Shown: positions 9,380-18,261, numbered from the stretch's first letter. The stretch: DNA of 64,000 bases from a bacterium (GCA_963693055.1 OY843751.1:6432001-6496000), one strand, 5' to 3'. Numbers and translations: made by a program. The notes: generated from the letters alone by a model not told the origin.

Positions 9380-9441
9380 AATCTTGATACCGCCATAGCC
9401 ATTTTTTACACTAAAGTCATTTATTTAAAAAGGAGTGAATT

Positions 9442-10116
9442 ATGAATACTCTGAAAGTTTTTTGTTGGGCACTGGTCCTGTTTATTGCACAAAATGTTAC
9501 GGCCAAAACCGTAAAATATGTGGAATTGGGTGTCAACCGGTCTACATTTCGTAACGAAAGCTGTACGCCTGGTTGCGGTGTTTCTGTGGGATTTGGGATA
9601 GATTACTATCCGTGGCAAAAATTCGGGGGGTTTTGGGGGTGGGGGCTGAGTATTCAAAATAAAAAAATGGATATCAAGGACCGTACGTTACCTTCTGCTG
9701 CCCCGCCAGCAACACTTTCTTTTGTATCAATTAAAGATTTTGATATCAATATAACATTCATTGAAATACCCATCAAGTTGGGTTATTCCATTGATGTGGG
9801 AAAACACATTACCTTAACCTTTTTATCTGGTTATGCTATTTCTGTACCTCTCAATGATAACACAACATCGAACCCAATAAGAAGTAGGGAACTTGCACCG
9901 GAGGAAAAGGAAACTTTCGAATTTGATTATGTGCAAAAAGATGAAACACATGTAACGTCATCAAACTATCTCCTGGTCGGCACAAGTATAGCCTATCGTA
10001 ACATGTCTATCAGTATAGATTACTTGAGTGCAAGAACAGCAACTGAAAATATAGTAAATACAAGTTTGGGAGATAAAATTGATAGTATCAAAATTTCATT
10101 TGCATTTCTGTTTTAA
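9442..10116 (+). CDS. Outer-membrane beta-barrel protein, distant paralog of 8147..8812
   Basis: Signal peptide, ELGVNRSTF, FIEIPIKLGY, C-terminal FAFLF. Confidence 0.8.
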   Translation: MNTLKVFCWALVLFIAQNVTAKTVKYVELGVNRSTFRNESCTPGCGVSVGFGIDYYPWQKFGGFWGWGLSIQNKKMDIKDRTLPSAAPPATLSFVSIKDFDINITFIEIPIKLGYSIDVGKHITLTFLSGYAISVPLNDNTTSNPIRSRELAPEEKETFEFDYVQKDETHVTSSNYLLVGTSIAYRNMSISIDYLSARTATENIVNTSLGDKIDSIKISFAFLF

Positions 10117-10148
10117 CAAAAACAATCAAAAATTGAGGGGAATTAACC

Positions 10149-10214
10149 ATGCAAAATTATAAAAATGGTCTTTTTTTTATTGTGTTTGTTGTACTGGCTG
10201 TAAACAGCCCGTAG
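10149..10214 (+). pseudogene. Stub of a secreted-protein gene truncated at the REP
   Basis: GAGGGG RBS, then MQNYKNGLFFIVFVVLAVNSP*; the TAG stop is part of the GTAG REP motif. Confidence 0.5.
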
Positions 10215-10233
10215 CCTGGGCGTGTCGCCCAGG
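10211..10233 (+). repeat. GTAG-type REP (left)
   Basis: GTAG + CCTGGGCG-TGT-CGCCCAGG hairpin. Confidence 0.85.
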
Positions 10234-10255
10234 ATTCATATGATTATTGATACAT

Positions 10256-10805
10256 TTATTCACCATAACTACTGCCAACCGGAACGGAACGCGTATCCCC
10301 CCAATCCGGATCATACCAACCTTATTTCACATATTTATGAAATGTTGACCAGGGCCACCTTTTCGGATGTTCAACAAGACCATGCTTAACCGGATTATAA
10401 TGAATATAATCAAAATGTTTAGTCAAATCATTATCATCTTGAATGACATGCTCCCAATACCGTCGCTGCCAAACTGCTGCTTCACGATGTTTTTTTACGG
10501 ACAATATTTCGGTCACCTTCCCACCCATTGTTTTGCAGCCATGATCGCGTAAATAAACTTTTTATCATTTTCCAGCGCATTGGAAAATCCGAATCACCAT
10601 TCGGTAATGTCAAGATGCAATGAATATGATCCGGTAACAAGCATATAGCATCTGTTTTAAACGGGTATGCATTTGCTGTTTTTTTCCAGACAGCATGTAA
10701 ACACTGTCTGGCAACCGCATGAGTTAAAAAAGGCATCCGATTATAGGTTACCACTGTAAAAAAGAATGTACCACCTGGAGCTATTGATCTACGATAACGA
10801 ACCAT
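10256..10805 (-). pseudogene. rayT: REP-associated tyrosine transposase (RAYT, Y1/HUH) pseudogene
   Basis: GGTFFFTVVT, LPDHIH (HUH), WQRRYWEHVI, YIHYNPVKHG and WPWSTF motifs. Frameshift near 10500-10530 and in-frame TAA at 10322-10324, followed by GWYDPDWG...YGE*. Confidence 0.9.
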
Positions 10806-10987
10806 GAAATCCCCCTCTTGTTGATTGAATAAATTAGCATTTATTTATTATTAAACAATAATTTTATAATGTGTAACGTAATATACCCGAGTTGATCTGT
10901 TTTAAAAGCCAGACGAATAAAATCCGTGCCACTATTAGTACCACGGATTTTTTAGTTAGAATTTACAGTCCTAGTACCGGAAAAAAT

Positions 10988-11010
10988 CCTGGGCCTCAGG
11001 CCCAGGCTAC
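10988..11010 (-). repeat. GTAG-type REP (right, inverted)
   Basis: Reverse complement reads GTAG + CCTGGGCC-TGA-GGCCCAGG. Confidence 0.85.
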
Positions 11011-11099
11011 AAACTGGGTAGATATCGAAGAAAATATTGATATGAATGATACTGCTTTTGAAACATCATCTTCATTTTTTTACTCGTTCCCAAACTCCT

Positions 11100-12699
11100 C
11101 AGACTGTGTGAAAACAAACTATAGAACAGCTATTTTATAGACTTTAATGGGACAAAATGGAAAATAACATTTAAAATCACGAGTTTTCATTTTATACATT
11201 TTAATAATGCTTATTAATTGTTTCACACCAATAATATTCATTACTCTTTTCATGTTGTAAGCCAGAAATGATAAACTCATTTCCGTTTTAACCATTTCAA
11301 GCCCTTTACAAAGAAAATAGTAATGTCCCATTGCATATTTTATGGTCCCGTATGGATGTTCCACTATATTCCGCCTAGCGGCAATGATTTCTGGATTTTC
11401 TTTGACCCGTTGGCGCATTTCATCTATGATTCCTTCATGTTCCCATCGATAAATATGACGCACATCTTTGGCTGTAGTGCATTTTGATTTGAGTTTACAT
11501 TTTCGACAAGCCGCAGTCCAATATACCTTTTCTTTTTTGCCGTTATGATTTCTGAAGTATGTCCAATTCAATTGTTGTTTTGCGGGGCAAATATAGCAAT
11601 CGTCTTTAGCATTATATTGAAAACTTTTATTGGTATACAGCCCTTTTGCGCTGTTCTGTGATTTATTACCTTCCGGTAGAAAACATTCGATTTTATTATC
11701 ATGGCATTTTTTTATTTCATCTCTCTCATAGTATCCTAAATCAGCAACAGCGTTGAATCCTTCAATTTGAAATAACTCTTTCACCCTGTTTGTCATATTA
11801 TCAAGTTGATGCAGGTCATTCCCTTCGTTTGTAATATCAAAGTCAACGACCAACTTGTATTTACCGTCAACTGCACTTTGAATATTGTAACACGCATCCT
11901 GCCCCTTATGTCCCGTGCGCATGATACGGCAGTCAGGATCAGTCAGGGCAATCTGTGTTTCGCCTGTTGCCTCTAATTCAGCTTCATAGCCTTGCAGGGT
12001 GCTTTTTTGTGTCTTTAGGTGTTCAATCTTTTTTTTTACTTTATTTTCCGACGGATGGGAGGCACTCTTTTCATGTTTATCATTTTGTTCAATATTTTCA
12101 AGATAATCATTTATACTTTGATCTATTTCATTGATCATTTTTTTTATTTTCGTTTTACTAAAAACTTTTCTGGTGTGATTGACTGCAGCGAATTTACTGC
12201 CGTCTATGGCAATCAATTCCAGGGCAAACAAATTGAGTTCACGACAATAAAGGACAAATTCCCGATGTACTTTTTTAAGTGCTCCTTTATTGTCCTTTCG
12301 AAAATCTGCAATAGTTTTAAAGTCTGGTCGTAATCCACGAAGCAACCATATTACTTCTAAATTTTTGATTGTCTCTTTTTCAAGCATACGACTGGACCGA
12401 ACACGATTGAGATAACCATAAATGTATAATTTTAAAAGATCTGCCGGATTGTAAGGTTTTCTGCCTACTGCCTGGGGATCTGCATGGGTAAATCCGAGTT
12501 TAAGTAAGTCAAGAGTATCAACATAAGCGTCAAGAAACCTTACCGGATTATCTTCGGTTACATAGTCATCCATTACCGATGGAAACATCGTCTCCTGCTC
12601 TCGATTATGACCTTGAACATATCGCATAGTTGGATTCTCCTTTCAACTTGAATATCCAACTTTAATATCATATATTCAAGATCATTTTCACACAGTCTG
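11100..12699 (-). mobile_element. IS1182-family insertion sequence, apparently intact
   Basis: 15-bp perfect terminal IRs CAGACTGTGTGAAAA (11100-11114) and TTTTCACACAGTCTG (12685-12699); 4-bp target duplication TCCT (11096-11099, 12700-12703). Confidence 0.92.
11119..12627 (-). CDS. IS1182-family DDE transposase
   Basis: GRKPYNP..LLKLYIYGY, PDFKTIADFRK, AIDGSK, TDPDCR, ADLGY, YICPA, VEHPYGTIK. Confidence 0.95.
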   Translation of the reverse strand: MRYVQGHNREQETMFPSVMDDYVTEDNPVRFLDAYVDTLDLLKLGFTHADPQAVGRKPYNPADLLKLYIYGYLNRVRSSRMLEKETIKNLEVIWLLRGLRPDFKTIADFRKDNKGALKKVHREFVLYCRELNLFALELIAIDGSKFAAVNHTRKVFSKTKIKKMINEIDQSINDYLENIEQNDKHEKSASHPSENKVKKKIEHLKTQKSTLQGYEAELEATGETQIALTDPDCRIMRTGHKGQDACYNIQSAVDGKYKLVVDFDITNEGNDLHQLDNMTNRVKELFQIEGFNAVADLGYYERDEIKKCHDNKIECFLPEGNKSQNSAKGLYTNKSFQYNAKDDCYICPAKQQLNWTYFRNHNGKKEKVYWTAACRKCKLKSKCTTAKDVRHIYRWEHEGIIDEMRQRVKENPEIIAARRNIVEHPYGTIKYAMGHYYFLCKGLEMVKTEMSLSFLAYNMKRVMNIIGVKQLISIIKMYKMKTRDFKCYFPFCPIKVYKIAVL

Positions 12700-12939
12700 T
12701 CCTATTTGGGAACGCCATGGCTGGATAAACTCCGTTTATCCAATATGTTAAGGATGTGTCTTTATTGTCTTGGAGACAATCCACCTAACGGTGGACAATC
12801 CCATTAAAATGGGATCTACAGGTAGAATGAAAATTGTTACGTTTCCCCTCGTTCCCGGCAACCGGTGCCAGAATTTGATTGCATCTGCCAGCTGGCGATA
12901 TACCGAGCGATCAAAGAAAAGTTTTAAGGACGAGTCCTA

Positions 12940-12974
12940 AAAGGCCTTTTGATGAATTTCAAGAGGCCTTTTTT
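12940..12974 (+). terminator. Rho-independent terminator (possibly bidirectional)
   Basis: AAAAGGCCTTTTGA/TCAAGAGGCCTTTT followed by a T-run. Confidence 0.7.
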
Positions 12975-13048
12975 TATGCATTTCCACAAACTCGTTGACT
13001 GGTATTTATAAATATCCTATTTTTAGTTTTAAAAGGAGAGTATTGAAT

Positions 13049-13804
13049 ATGTCTGAATACAAGATTGAATCGTTGACACTGGATACGGTGCAGGAATATG
13101 GACTGGGGTGTTTAAAAAGTGTAAAGCATGTGGGTTTTGCACCCAAAACCGAGTGGTTTAAAGAAATGTCAGCCAATGGGCTGACGCAAAAGCAGATCAT
13201 TATAGATGGAAAATCCGTTGGTTTTATAGAGTATGTGCCGGGCGAGCACGCCTGGCGGGCTGTAAAAGCACCGGGATACATGGTGGTACATTGTATCTGG
13301 GTGTATCCCAAAGTCTATCAAAAACAGGGCTATGGCGCCATGCTGGTACAGGCATGCATTGAGGATGCCAGGTCACGCGGCATGAAAGGTGTTGCTGTAG
13401 TTACCAGTGAAGGCACATGGATTGCCAGCCGGGCATTGTTCACTGCACAGGGATTTGAGGTGGTGGATCGTCGTGATCGTTTTGAGCTGTTGGCGCTAAA
13501 ATTTGATCAGGCAGAGGACCCGATTTTTACCCCGGAAGCAGAGCTGGATGCGTATGATGGTTTTACGATTTTGATCTCGGATCAATGCCCCATGAACGCC
13601 AAATTTGTTCATGACATTCAGAATTATTGTGATGAAAAGGGACTGGAAGTGAGTACTGTCAAAATCACGTCTGCTGAGCAGGCCCAACGGAATCCCGGAG
13701 TGTTTGGTGTTTTTGCCATACTGTATCAGAACAAGGTTGTTGCTGACCATCCGGTAAGTTTGGGCCGGTTCAAGAATATTGTCCATAAAGAGTTGAAATT
13801 GTAA
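13049..13804 (+). CDS. GNAT acetyltransferase with C-terminal YoaP domain
   Basis: GFIEYVPGEHAWR, HCIWV, QKQGYG, DQCP; AGGAG RBS before MSEYK. Confidence 0.85.
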   Translation: MSEYKIESLTLDTVQEYGLGCLKSVKHVGFAPKTEWFKEMSANGLTQKQIIIDGKSVGFIEYVPGEHAWRAVKAPGYMVVHCIWVYPKVYQKQGYGAMLVQACIEDARSRGMKGVAVVTSEGTWIASRALFTAQGFEVVDRRDRFELLALKFDQAEDPIFTPEAELDAYDGFTILISDQCPMNAKFVHDIQNYCDEKGLEVSTVKITSAEQAQRNPGVFGVFAILYQNKVVADHPVSLGRFKNIVHKELKL

Positions 13805-13970
13805 TTCTAGTTGTAGAAAAACAATGTCACTCGGCATATTTGAAGACATGGACCATCAGCCAACAGACGTAGATCTGCGAGATGTATTTTAAGACAGGTA
13901 CCTGGCTTGGAAATCCATCGAGCCTTTTGTGGACGAGACCTATCCTGTAATTATCCGGGATAGATCTTTT

Positions 13971-14408
13971 TCAGGCTTCTGCTTCCGCAAAGATTTTAAA
14001 ACTGTTCATGTCTTTCAGTGTCTGTTTGGGAAAGGCGCCTTTCATAAAAAATCCCACCAGCTTCATGAATCCACTGAATTCAAACACGTTTTCATTGCTC
14101 CAGCGAGTCAGTGATTCCCCTTCTTCCGTGAAACGGTTTACAACAAGATTGTGTACATTTTTTGCATCATAGGTGGCAGAAAACGCTTCCGGCAAATCAT
14201 GTTTTATAATGGTTTCAATCATTTCCAAATTGCGACCGTTCATATCATAGACCAATCTGGATTTTGAACCGGATTGTCCCGGTTCTCCGCTTATGGGCTC
14301 GAGTTTCTTTAATCCGGGCTGCCATTTGAACATATTGTCAGGATTGTCAAACAGTTCAATGACACGATTGCGAGGTAGTTTGATGAGAATATCTACGGTG
14401 TATTTCAT
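13971..14408 (-). CDS. SRPBCC (START-like) family protein
   Basis: LPRNRVIELFDNPDNMFKWQPGL...FPKQTLKDMNSFKIFAE. Confidence 0.8.
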   Translation of the reverse strand: MKYTVDILIKLPRNRVIELFDNPDNMFKWQPGLKKLEPISGEPGQSGSKSRLVYDMNGRNLEMIETIIKHDLPEAFSATYDAKNVHNLVVNRFTEEGESLTRWSNENVFEFSGFMKLVGFFMKGAFPKQTLKDMNSFKIFAEAEA

Positions 14409-14477
14409 GCTGCCTCCGGTTATTGGTTTATCAAATAATAACAGGAAGCACGTTTAATATCATTCCAGGATTGATAA

Positions 14478-15032
14478 TTATTTTGAGGTTCCCCATTCCG
14501 TCTTTAACAACGCGTACAAATACTCATCTGTCCAGCGGCCTTTGGACCAGACGTTTTTGTGAAAATGGCCTTCACGTCTGAACCCCAGTTTTTCGAGCAG
14601 AGCGGCAGACGCTTTATTGTCGCTATCACAAACAGCTGTAACACGATGGATCGATGTATTTGTAAATACCCAATCCAAAACGGCTTTAACGCCTTCGCTG
14701 CCAAATCCTTTTCGTTGAAACTGTTGATTTACATTATAGCCGATTTCCGCCTGGGGGTATATGTCTTGGGAGATTTTGAGCGCAACATCGCCAATCAGTT
14801 TAGAGGTGGATTTGAGTTGAATGCCCAAACCTGTCCACCGTCCCGGTGCACCGAATTGTGCGTATTGATATTTCCGGATAAAAAAGCGGGTATTGTCGGC
14901 AGAGTAGGGTTCCCATAACTGAAAACGCGCAACCTCGGGATCGCCGCGATACTCTAAAATATCGTTCAGGTCTTTTAACCGAAACGGCCGCATAAGCAGC
15001 CGTTTGGTTTCTATAATAACAGTATCTTTCAT
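14478..15032 (-). CDS. RimJ/RimL-type GNAT acetyltransferase
   Basis: IETKRLLMRPF, AEIGY, QRKGFG, NKASAALLEKLGFRREG. Confidence 0.9.
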   Translation of the reverse strand: MKDTVIIETKRLLMRPFRLKDLNDILEYRGDPEVARFQLWEPYSADNTRFFIRKYQYAQFGAPGRWTGLGIQLKSTSKLIGDVALKISQDIYPQAEIGYNVNQQFQRKGFGSEGVKAVLDWVFTNTSIHRVTAVCDSDNKASAALLEKLGFRREGHFHKNVWSKGRWTDEYLYALLKTEWGTSK

Positions 15033-16048
15033 TACAGGTGCTTTTTGTTTTGCAGATTGGTGTGTTTATTGTAACCAAATTCGTCATAGGGATTCAGTTT
15101 TTCAAGCCACAGTTCCTTTAATTCCAGCAGGTCTTTTTCTGAATTCCAGTCCGGATCGGTTTTGGGCTCCAGCACATCCAATATCTCGAATACAAAGGCA
15201 TCCTGTCCGAATTCGTTCCAATCGCTTTGCAGGTCCTTGTTGCGATGACTACCCAACTTGAGCTGAAAGCGGTAGCGGTTCAGCATACCCGGCAGGTTTT
15301 CGCTGCAACCAATAAACACCTTGTTGTTTTTGGTATTTCGGATCTGGAACACACCCATTGGTGGGGGGTTGTCCAGATATTGTCTCTTGAGTTCTTTTTT
15401 TGTGTCTTTCATTGTATGTCCATTTTCTGTTTTTACGTGTTGTGTAATGTCTTGCAGGGTCAACGGTTCTTCCCTGATCTCATCGTCTTCAAGCTCGGTT
15501 TTAACCAGGCGGTAGCGGTCGCCTGCTCTGACCATGAATCCTTCATCCACCAGCAACCTGCGGATGGTGCAATAGTCGTCATAGATGAATGTGATGAGCT
15601 CGTTGACCTGTGCTTCCTGATAGTCGTGACTTTTATCAAATGTGGATGCAATTACTTCCAGCACAATGATGCGCTTTTTGTGCTGGGTGGGAAGTTTGAT
15701 CAATCGTCCGTTTTCAAAAAAAGTGGCAATGACCTTTTGGATGTAGCGGTCCATGCGTTCTTCTTCTTTTTGTTTTTGCGGATTGTTAAAGCCGATCAAA
15801 TTCTCGAGCGTGATGAAAAACATGGGTTTTGCAGCATAATACATGACATAGTATTGCTGTTTTTCTTTATAGACGAGATTGGCCTGCTCTAACTTTTTGA
15901 GATGAAAAGAGACCGTAGACATGGAAAGATTGAGCCGCTGCGACAACTCTTCCACATAGCAGGGCTTTTGAAGCAACGCATTGGCAATGAGCAGCCGGGA
16001 CTCGTCTGCCAGGGCTTTCAAGATTTTTACGGTTTCTTTTAATTCCAT
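15032..16048 (-). CDS. ArsR HTH + DUF2087 + GIY-YIG (LuxR-like subgroup) fusion protein
   Basis: LKALADESRL..STVSFHLKKL (ArsR); LPTQHKKR..DDYCTIRRLLVDEGF (DUF2087); MGVFQIRN..VFIG..LQSDWNEFGQDAFVFEIL (GIY-YIG). Confidence 0.8.
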   Translation of the reverse strand: MELKETVKILKALADESRLLIANALLQKPCYVEELSQRLNLSMSTVSFHLKKLEQANLVYKEKQQYYVMYYAAKPMFFITLENLIGFNNPQKQKEEERMDRYIQKVIATFFENGRLIKLPTQHKKRIIVLEVIASTFDKSHDYQEAQVNELITFIYDDYCTIRRLLVDEGFMVRAGDRYRLVKTELEDDEIREEPLTLQDITQHVKTENGHTMKDTKKELKRQYLDNPPPMGVFQIRNTKNNKVFIGCSENLPGMLNRYRFQLKLGSHRNKDLQSDWNEFGQDAFVFEILDVLEPKTDPDWNSEKDLLELKELWLEKLNPYDEFGYNKHTNLQNKKHL

Positions 16049-16225
16049 AATGCATCCTGTGTTTGTTTTGATAACTATCAAAGTAAATATAGGATTTTTG
16101 TGTAAAAATGTCAATGTATTTTTGTCATTATCGAAATGGATTTGGTAAATTGTGATGAAAAACAAAACGCAATGGGCGCGGTGGGATCGCAGGGTGCGCA
16201 AAGAGAATTGATCGGAATGATAAAA

Positions 16226-16307
16226 ACCACAGAGGCACCGAGAGCGCAGAGAGAAGATAAGATTCCATTCAAAGAGATTTTTCCTCTGTGGCCTTTATCT
16301 CTGTGGT
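16226..16307. repeat. Paired inverted-arm element (ACCACAGAG...CTCTGTGGT), no cargo
   Basis: Left arm ACCACAGAG-N10-CGCAGAG; right arm (reverse complement) ACCACAGAG-N8-CACAGAG; about 30 bp between the arms. Confidence 0.6.
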
Positions 16308-16340
16308 AAGTTTTTTTTAATTGACTTTATGATTTATTAA

Positions 16341-16366
16341 GTGATGCAGACATCTGCATCACGATC
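16341..16366. repeat. Short palindrome of the GATCGTGA...TCACGATC family
   Basis: GTGATGCAGA-CA-TCTGCATCAC-GATC. Confidence 0.5.
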
Positions 16367-16384
16367 AACCCACCTGACAGAAAG

Positions 16385-16795
16385 TTATTGTTTCTTGTCT
16401 TCCTTGCACATGAATTCGGAATTTAAAAATCCATATTTTTCATACAAACCGTGCGCGTCTTTGGTGCGTAGGACTTGCATGCGATTGGGGATTTGCGGGT
16501 GTTCGGTTATGCACTGCATGAGGAATTTCCCCAATCCCTTGCCCCGGTGCGGAATGGCAATGATCACATCGGCGATCCAGGCAAAATAGGTATAATCTGT
16601 AACCACACGGGCAAACCCCACCTGTTCGCCATTTTGATAAATGTTGAAACACATCGAATTGAGAATAGACTGCTTAACTCCGTCAAATGTACGGTTATGC
16701 GCCCAATAGGTGTTGAGCAGCAGATGATAAACAGAATCTACATTGGTTTTTAAATTGTCATCATCAATTGTGTAATCCTGAAATTGCCATTCCAT
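16385..16795 (-). CDS. GNAT acetyltransferase
   Basis: QVGFARVVTDY, ADVII..HRGKGLGK, TKDAHGLYEKYGF. Confidence 0.9.
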   Translation of the reverse strand: MEWQFQDYTIDDDNLKTNVDSVYHLLLNTYWAHNRTFDGVKQSILNSMCFNIYQNGEQVGFARVVTDYTYFAWIADVIIAIPHRGKGLGKFLMQCITEHPQIPNRMQVLRTKDAHGLYEKYGFLNSEFMCKEDKKQ

Positions 16796-16809
16796 GTTGC
16801 CTCTTTTCT

Positions 16810-18237
16810 TTACCAGCCCATATCCAGTTTTTGCAGATTATCCGGTGACAATGCAGGGATCTTGGGCAGCGTTTCACCATTGATTACTACATTATCCATG
16901 CGGATGTTTTTGGCCATTTTTAAATAATAGGCCTGACGGGCCTTGTTGATGGTTATATCTTTGAACAGAATATTCTGTAATTGCGATTCGGGATGACCCT
17001 GAGCAAAAATTCCATAATTGTCTGCAATTCCGCAGGTAATATTTTCTATAACAAAATTGCGGAACAATGGTGGAAAATGGTTTCCGCGGTGCCCCTGGTA
17101 ATTGGGTTCAAACCGGATACAGGCACCAATAGCACGATTGACCTTTACATTGCGTATATAGACTTCTTCGATCCTGCCGCCGCGGTCGAGGTTGCCCTTG
17201 AAATAAACCGTAGACAAGGCTGTATCTACTGTACAGTTTTCCATAAAAACATGACGAACACTGGCAGACATTTCACTGCCAATGCACAGGCCGTTACATT
17301 TAGACAGGATGTTGCAATTGCGAATGACCACGTTCTCAGTGGGGCGTCCAACGCGCCATGCATCCTGATCGCGTCCGGCTTTGATCGCAACACCATCATC
17401 ACCGGTATTAAATGTGCAATTCTCTATCAGCACATTGCTGCTGCCATCGGGATCGCAGCCATCATTGTTGGTGTTCCAACTATTAACTGTCACATTCCGC
17501 ACTATTACATTCTCGCAATAAACCGGATGAATGATCCAGAACGGTGAGTCTTTGATGGTTACACCATCAATTAAAACATTATTGCAGCCAAACGGTTGTA
17601 TCAGGCTGGGGCGCAAAAAATGACCCTGGCCAAAAATACGTTCATTCACAGGCGCCAGATCGTTACCCAATTGACGCAGGGTCAACTGGTCTGTTTTTTG
17701 TTTGTGAATCCAGCCGGCAAATTCAACCTTTGCATTGCCGTCAATGGTGCCCTTGCCGGTGATGGCTATATTAGTGGCCTCATAGGCGTAAATGATGGGA
17801 GAATAGTTGTACACTTCTACACCTTCCCAGCGGGTTAGAACAACGGGAAGAAAATCTTTGGGTTCTCCGCTGAATTCGAGTTTGGAACCTTCTTCAAGAT
17901 AAAGATGAACATTGCTTTTCAAATGAAGCGGGCCATTAATGCGATAGGTGCCGGCAGGGACAATAATGGTACCGCCACTTTCGAGATTACATTCGGCAAT
18001 GGCCTTGTCGAATGCCGTTTTACAATCGGTTTTGCCGTCTGCAACTGCGCCAAAGTCGGTAATATTCCAGGACTGGTCCGGGAACACCGGTTCATGGATT
18101 TGATCGAGAATCCAGTCCACCCGGTCCCAACCGGTTACCTGGCCCCGCTTTGCATTTTGAGGAGAACAGGCCAGAGTGATCAAGAGTGGCAGTATAAAAA
18201 GTGACAATTTTTTCAACATAATACTTCCTTTATTCAA
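16810..18237 (-). CDS. GH28 polygalacturonase-family lipoprotein
   Basis: Lipobox LAC; NNDGCDP, GDDGVAIKAG, IGSEMS motifs. Confidence 0.9.
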   Translation of the reverse strand: MNKGSIMLKKLSLFILPLLITLACSPQNAKRGQVTGWDRVDWILDQIHEPVFPDQSWNITDFGAVADGKTDCKTAFDKAIAECNLESGGTIIVPAGTYRINGPLHLKSNVHLYLEEGSKLEFSGEPKDFLPVVLTRWEGVEVYNYSPIIYAYEATNIAITGKGTIDGNAKVEFAGWIHKQKTDQLTLRQLGNDLAPVNERIFGQGHFLRPSLIQPFGCNNVLIDGVTIKDSPFWIIHPVYCENVIVRNVTVNSWNTNNDGCDPDGSSNVLIENCTFNTGDDGVAIKAGRDQDAWRVGRPTENVVIRNCNILSKCNGLCIGSEMSASVRHVFMENCTVDTALSTVYFKGNLDRGGRIEEVYIRNVKVNRAIGACIRFEPNYQGHRGNHFPPLFRNFVIENITCGIADNYGIFAQGHPESQLQNILFKDITINKARQAYYLKMAKNIRMDNVVINGETLPKIPALSPDNLQKLDMGW

Positions 18238-18261
18238 TGATTATATATAATATCCAAAATT

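Noticed and set aside
10919-10951. AAAATCCGTG...CACGGATTTT inverted repeat as IS ends
   Set aside because: The arms are only 13 bp apart; it is more simply a local hairpin or terminator upstream of the RAYT.
15227-15892. 221-aa + strand ORF and other long antisense ORFs (e.g. 28805..29440, 32943..33590, 56678..57328, 37590..38150)
   Set aside because: They lie antisense to well-supported genes and have no recognisable motifs; they are shadow ORFs.
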